Part shown: piece by piece, positions 60,345 through 64,000 of the stretch | Layout of the letters: the number at the start of each line of letters is the position of its first letter | Numbering within the stretch: position 1 is the first letter of the stretch | From: an uncultured Bacteroidales bacterium | GTDB taxonomy: Bacteria > Bacteroidota > Bacteroidia > Bacteroidales > VadinHA17 | Direction of reading: 5' to 3' | DNA length: 64,000 nt | NCBI GenBank assembly: GCA_963828395.1 | Contig: CAWHED010000004.1 | Location: 98,899-162,898, forward strand | Translations under genes and position numbers: made by a program | The notes under the pieces: model-generated | Told to the model about the DNA's origin: nothing | Database searches by the model: none | The model's input: only the letters and a program-made list of their open reading frames with translations

Positions 60345-61049
60345 ATGGAAACAACTTATTTGAATAACGGACTGTACTGGATCATTTTTATAGTGTTCAT
60401 GTTTCTGAGCTGGATTGTCAGCGCAAGATTAAAATCAAAATTCAGACAATACTCCAAAGTTCCCATCGCCAGCGGAATGACCGGCCGTGATGTGGCTGAG
60501 AAGATGCTGCGTGACAACGGCATTACCGATGTCACCGTGCACAGTGTTCAGGGTGAGCTGTCTGATCACTATAACCCGGTAAAGAAGACCATCAACCTGA
60601 GCAACGATGTCTATGCAGGCGCCAGTGTTGCTGCCGCTGCTGTTGCAGCCCACGAGACGGGCCACGCAATCCAGCATGCACAGGCCTATGCCTGGCTGAA
60701 CATGAGATCGAAACTTACTCCTGTGGTGAGCTTTGCATCCAACTGGATACAATGGGTGCTGATCGCCGGACTGTTTCTTGTCAAATCAAGACCTGAGATA
60801 CTGCTGATAGGTATCGTTCTCTTTGCAATCACCACTCTGTTCAGTGTGATAACCCTTCCCGTTGAGATCAATGCATCAAAGAGAGCTCTTGCATGGTTAT
60901 CCGATTCGGGCATCACTTACTCCGGGACACATGACAAGGCAGAAGATGCACTGAAATGGGCTGCATATACATATGTCATCGCAGCACTGGGCTCTCTTGC
61001 ATCACTGATATACTACATAATGATTTTCCTGGGGGCCAGGAACAGGTAG
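60345..61049 (+). CDS. YugP-like putative neutral zinc metallopeptidase (membrane-associated)
   Basis: AAHETGHAIQH zinc motif and TM segments at both ends. 234 aa. Confidence 0.8.
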   Translation: METTYLNNGLYWIIFIVFMFLSWIVSARLKSKFRQYSKVPIASGMTGRDVAEKMLRDNGITDVTVHSVQGELSDHYNPVKKTINLSNDVYAGASVAAAAVAAHETGHAIQHAQAYAWLNMRSKLTPVVSFASNWIQWVLIAGLFLVKSRPEILLIGIVLFAITTLFSVITLPVEINASKRALAWLSDSGITYSGTHDKAEDALKWAAYTYVIAALGSLASLIYYIMIFLGARNR

Positions 61050-61061
61050 AGGTATACTGTC

Positions 61062-61796
61062 CTATCTTCCCTCAACATAGAGGAACTTCGTTCTTTTGAC
61101 CAGGTATCTTACAACAGCCCAGAAGGCAAGGGCAGAGACAAGGAGGGTGATATACAGGGGCTCCAAGTAAACCTTTCCGGTTACAGCAATATTGCGTATC
61201 ACATCAAGAATGGCAAAAACTATGAAGAGGTTAGCTATGCTGTTGTACTCCCTGCTGAGGACATTTCTGAACGAGAACGCAAGATCTGCACTTCTGAAAT
61301 TCCTGAAACGAGGGATCACTGAGTTGACCCTGAAGGCCCATGTATCATAATCCTCACCGAATTTACGGCGGAGATACTGCTCTTCGGCAAAAATAATCCG
61401 TTCAAAATAGATCCAGAAGGCAAGCACAAAAATGATAACGCACCATACTGACCTGAGAAAGAGAACGGGGCCCAGCCACATCAGGAAGTTGCCCGCATAG
61501 AGCGGATGCCGGACAACCGAATATATACCTGAAGTATTTAATTCATCAGCCATCTGATCAATGACATTGCGGCCTGAAGGGTTCCTCGGGACATGACCGA
61601 CAGTGTACGACCTGATCAGCTCCCCTGCAACCGAGACAAAAATGCAAATCAGTTCCCACGTCAGGTTGAAGTAAATGACACTCCTGTTAGCAATAAAGAG
61701 ATAACCTGCAGCCAGAACCAAAACAATGACCGGCAACCAGCTTCTTCTTCTGAATAACCAGTTTCCGGATTTCTCCAGTTCATGAATGAGTGACAT
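61062..61796 (-). CDS. Isoprenylcysteine carboxyl / phospholipid methyltransferase-like membrane protein
   Basis: Multi-TM protein with SGIYSVVRHPLYAGNFLMWLG, typical of the ICMT/PEMT family. Confidence 0.7.
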   Translation of the reverse strand: MSLIHELEKSGNWLFRRRSWLPVIVLVLAAGYLFIANRSVIYFNLTWELICIFVSVAGELIRSYTVGHVPRNPSGRNVIDQMADELNTSGIYSVVRHPLYAGNFLMWLGPVLFLRSVWCVIIFVLAFWIYFERIIFAEEQYLRRKFGEDYDTWAFRVNSVIPRFRNFRSADLAFSFRNVLSREYNSIANLFIVFAILDVIRNIAVTGKVYLEPLYITLLVSALAFWAVVRYLVKRTKFLYVEGR

Positions 61797-61831
61797 ACTT
61801 TTAGCGTTGATGTCGTAAAAGTAGGAAAATT

Positions 61832-62983
61832 TCAGAAACTATACTTAATCCTGATGAAACCCAGATTTATCTGTGTCTCTTCGCCCGATATGACATTGTC
61901 GAAATGCTGCATTACAAGCGAAAAATCAACATTCTCAGCCAATGAAAAGTCAATGGCGGCATTGGCAAAATAACCTTTCAGATCAGGATACCAGATCGCG
62001 GACAATGAGATATTCAGCAGCGGAACCGGGCTCCAGGTAAGCTGTCCTATGGCGCTGAATTCCGAGAAAGCCAGCTGGCTTGCAGTAATCGCTCCCTTGT
62101 ACAGCTCGGTGAAGGTGTCAAGGGCGAACGGATTGTTTGAATACATTATCTGCACCAATGCCGTAATCTTATCGGAGAAGGCCTTATCGACGCCTGCCGT
62201 AGCGATGAAGGTGGTCTCTTTCAAGGGTGTATTTCCGAATGGGGCGAACAGGGTGGCTTCGCCGCGGATTGAACATGAACCTATTGCTCCAGACCATCCC
62301 GTACCCGCGGTGAAGAGCTCCCCATCCGTCTCGCCGGCGAAGAACTGGAGGTCGGTATTAAGCATGCTGAATCGGTAAAGAGCTGCAGCTGTTACCCTGT
62401 TGGCACTGTCGAGTTTGACAACCATTTCGGCAGCCGACGCCGGGCCGGTGGAGTAAACGGCTCTTATTGCATCGCTGCCGGGTCGTTCCATATAGTCAAA
62501 ATCAAAAAAAGAATAAGTATTGAAAATGTCATTGGGGTTCCATACCAGCGCCTGGCTCCAGTTGATCCTCTGACGGCCCAGGGTGAGCCTGAGTTTCCCG
62601 GCTGTGTAATCGATCCAGGCCCTGTCAATAAACATATTCAAAACGAATGACTGCCCGCTGAAGATGTTCCATGACATATCAACCCATCCCGGGTCAGAAG
62701 CCAGTGCCGGAATGTATGAAGGATCCATCTCCACCATGTCGCCCAGCACAAACCTGTTTCTTATTTCAAGTGCCATGGTTACGCCGGTGCCGGGGTATGC
62801 CTTGAAATTAAGCCTGTTGTGCAGCATGCTGCTGTTGAGCCATGGATCTGACGGGTCTCCAAACACGGCAGTATGAAGCCACGTTGCATAGCCGCCTGCA
62901 GAGAGCTTGTTTCCGGCATCCTGTGACAGTGCTGCAATGGTACAGGTCATCGCTGCCGCTATCAGCAACAAAGTCCTTTTCAT
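61832..62983 (-). CDS. Hypothetical outer-membrane beta-barrel protein
   Basis: Signal peptide, alternating beta-strand pattern and a C-terminal aromatic residue (..IRIKYSF). It overlaps the upstream ABC ATPase gene by 4 nt. Confidence 0.5.
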   Translation of the reverse strand: MKRTLLLIAAAMTCTIAALSQDAGNKLSAGGYATWLHTAVFGDPSDPWLNSSMLHNRLNFKAYPGTGVTMALEIRNRFVLGDMVEMDPSYIPALASDPGWVDMSWNIFSGQSFVLNMFIDRAWIDYTAGKLRLTLGRQRINWSQALVWNPNDIFNTYSFFDFDYMERPGSDAIRAVYSTGPASAAEMVVKLDSANRVTAAALYRFSMLNTDLQFFAGETDGELFTAGTGWSGAIGSCSIRGEATLFAPFGNTPLKETTFIATAGVDKAFSDKITALVQIMYSNNPFALDTFTELYKGAITASQLAFSEFSAIGQLTWSPVPLLNISLSAIWYPDLKGYFANAAIDFSLAENVDFSLVMQHFDNVISGEETQINLGFIRIKYSF

Positions 62984-63675
62984 CCGGCGCCGTTAGTCCT
63001 TTCGTCAGATACAACACGTCCGTCCTCGAGGGTTATCACCCTGCGGGCCCTCTTCATCACCCTGATGTCGTGGGTTGAAAAGATAAAGGTCATCTGTTCC
63101 TCCCGGTTAAGTTTCTCCATGATATCGAGAAGCGTTTCGGCCGATTTGGAGTCGAGGTTCGCCGTCGGTTCGTCAGCCAGAATAAATTCAGGACGGGGCG
63201 CCAGGGCGCGCGCCACTGCCACCCTCTGTTGCTGACCTCCCGACAGCTGCGAGGGGCGGCTGTTGTGCCGGTCGGCCAGTCCTACCGACTGCATAAGTTC
63301 ATCTGTGCGTGCCTTGCGTTTCTCCTTCGGCCATTTCTGAAGGTTCATGATGAACCCCACATTCTCTGCGGCCGTCAGCACGGGTATCAGATTGTAGGAT
63401 TGAAAAACGAAACCCACGTGCTCCATCCTGAAATCGATCAGCTCCGACGGCCTGAGCTCTGAGAGGCGATGGCCTGCCACAATGATCTCACCTCCCGTGG
63501 GCTGGTCAAGACCGCCGATGAGATTGAGCAGTGTTGTCTTACCCGAGCCTGACGGCCCGACAACAACTGCAAAATCACCTTTCTCAAAGCTGAGCGTAAC
63601 CCCGTTGACAGCCTTCACCTCTACCTCGGTATCATGATATGTCTTAGACACATCGTTGATTTCAACTACTTTCAT
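62980..63675 (-). CDS. ABC transporter ATP-binding protein (LolD/MacB-type)
   Basis: Walker A GPSGSGKTT, signature LSGGQQQRV and Walker B ILADEPT. Confidence 0.9.
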   Translation of the reverse strand: MKVVEINDVSKTYHDTEVEVKAVNGVTLSFEKGDFAVVVGPSGSGKTTLLNLIGGLDQPTGGEIIVAGHRLSELRPSELIDFRMEHVGFVFQSYNLIPVLTAAENVGFIMNLQKWPKEKRKARTDELMQSVGLADRHNSRPSQLSGGQQQRVAVARALAPRPEFILADEPTANLDSKSAETLLDIMEKLNREEQMTFIFSTHDIRVMKRARRVITLEDGRVVSDERTNGAG

Positions 63676-63693
63676 GGTTATTGTATTTTGTTG

Positions 63694-64000
63694 TTATTCA
63701 CCTCTTAATGCTTCAACAGGATTTAATTTTAAAGCCTTCCGTGCAGGATAGATTGCTGATACGATGCCTGTGACGACTATCAGTATTGTCAGTGTAACAA
63801 AGAACTCTGCACCGATGGAAGGATAAAGATGAGCGGAGTATCCGAACGCCTCCATTCCCTCGGAATATTTTACCAGGTTTATCCCTGTGCGGCCGGTGAT
63901 CGCAATGACAATTCCACTGACTGCCATACCGGCAACGCCACCGACAATTGACAGGAATATTGACTCAAGCATTATCATCATAAAGACGCGGCGGCGGTTC
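63694..64000 (-). CDS. FtsX-family ABC permease, C-terminal part (5' end beyond the window)
   Basis: The open frame continues to the window edge. The C-terminus AIYPARKALKLNPVEALRGE is typical of MacB/LolE-type permeases. Confidence 0.8.
   Translation of the reverse strand, partial: NRRRVFMMIMLESIFLSIVGGVAGMAVSGIVIAITGRTGINLVKYSEGMEAFGYSAHLYPSIGAEFFVTLTILIVVTGIVSAIYPARKALKLNPVEALRGE

Overview
This looks like a chromosomal segment of a Bacteroidota-type genome. That inference rests on a SusC/RagA receptor, a T9SS C-terminal sorting domain, DUF2723, LiaF/LytS/LytTR signalling, and TAnnTTTG -7-like motifs 15-45 nt upstream of many start codons. About 60 genes are supported. Core content: NADPH-GOGAT (gltB-gltD), a complete F1Fo ATP synthase set, rpmF-plsX-fabH, ettA, yidD and one tRNA-Arg(CCT). 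Accessory content: (i) a decayed sugar-utilisation locus next to SusC; (ii) secreted or periplasmic carbohydrate-related genes (GH128-like T9SS protein, FucU, an aldo-keto reductase, and a Tat-exported TIM-barrel / Gfo-Idh-MocA / tandem-CBM trio); (iii) a thiol-redox cluster (atypical Trx-fold protein, a TrxR lacking the NADPH HRR motif, a membrane-tethered Trx, and a divergent Crp/Fnr-MTase-OsmC-TauE unit); (iv) a Psr/Phs-type molybdopterin reductase operon joined to a split YeeE/YedE transporter and an unusual rhodanese-like protein. I saw no CRISPR array, rRNA, integrase or transposase. Three genes are frame-disrupted: a Gfo/Idh/MocA oxidoreductase, the NrfD/PsrC subunit and, notably, atpD. 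Because atpD is normally indispensable, indel errors in the assembly are the leading explanation for all three. The observations I consider most novel are: the rhodanese-like protein with a Cys-to-Ser active site and a single C-terminal Cys on a flexible tail; the non-NADPH-type thioredoxin reductase operon; a roughly 180-nt structured, terminator-ended leader upstream of gltB; and an aromatic-amino-acid decarboxylase translationally coupled to atpC. All functional calls come from reading the translations by eye. No database search was run.
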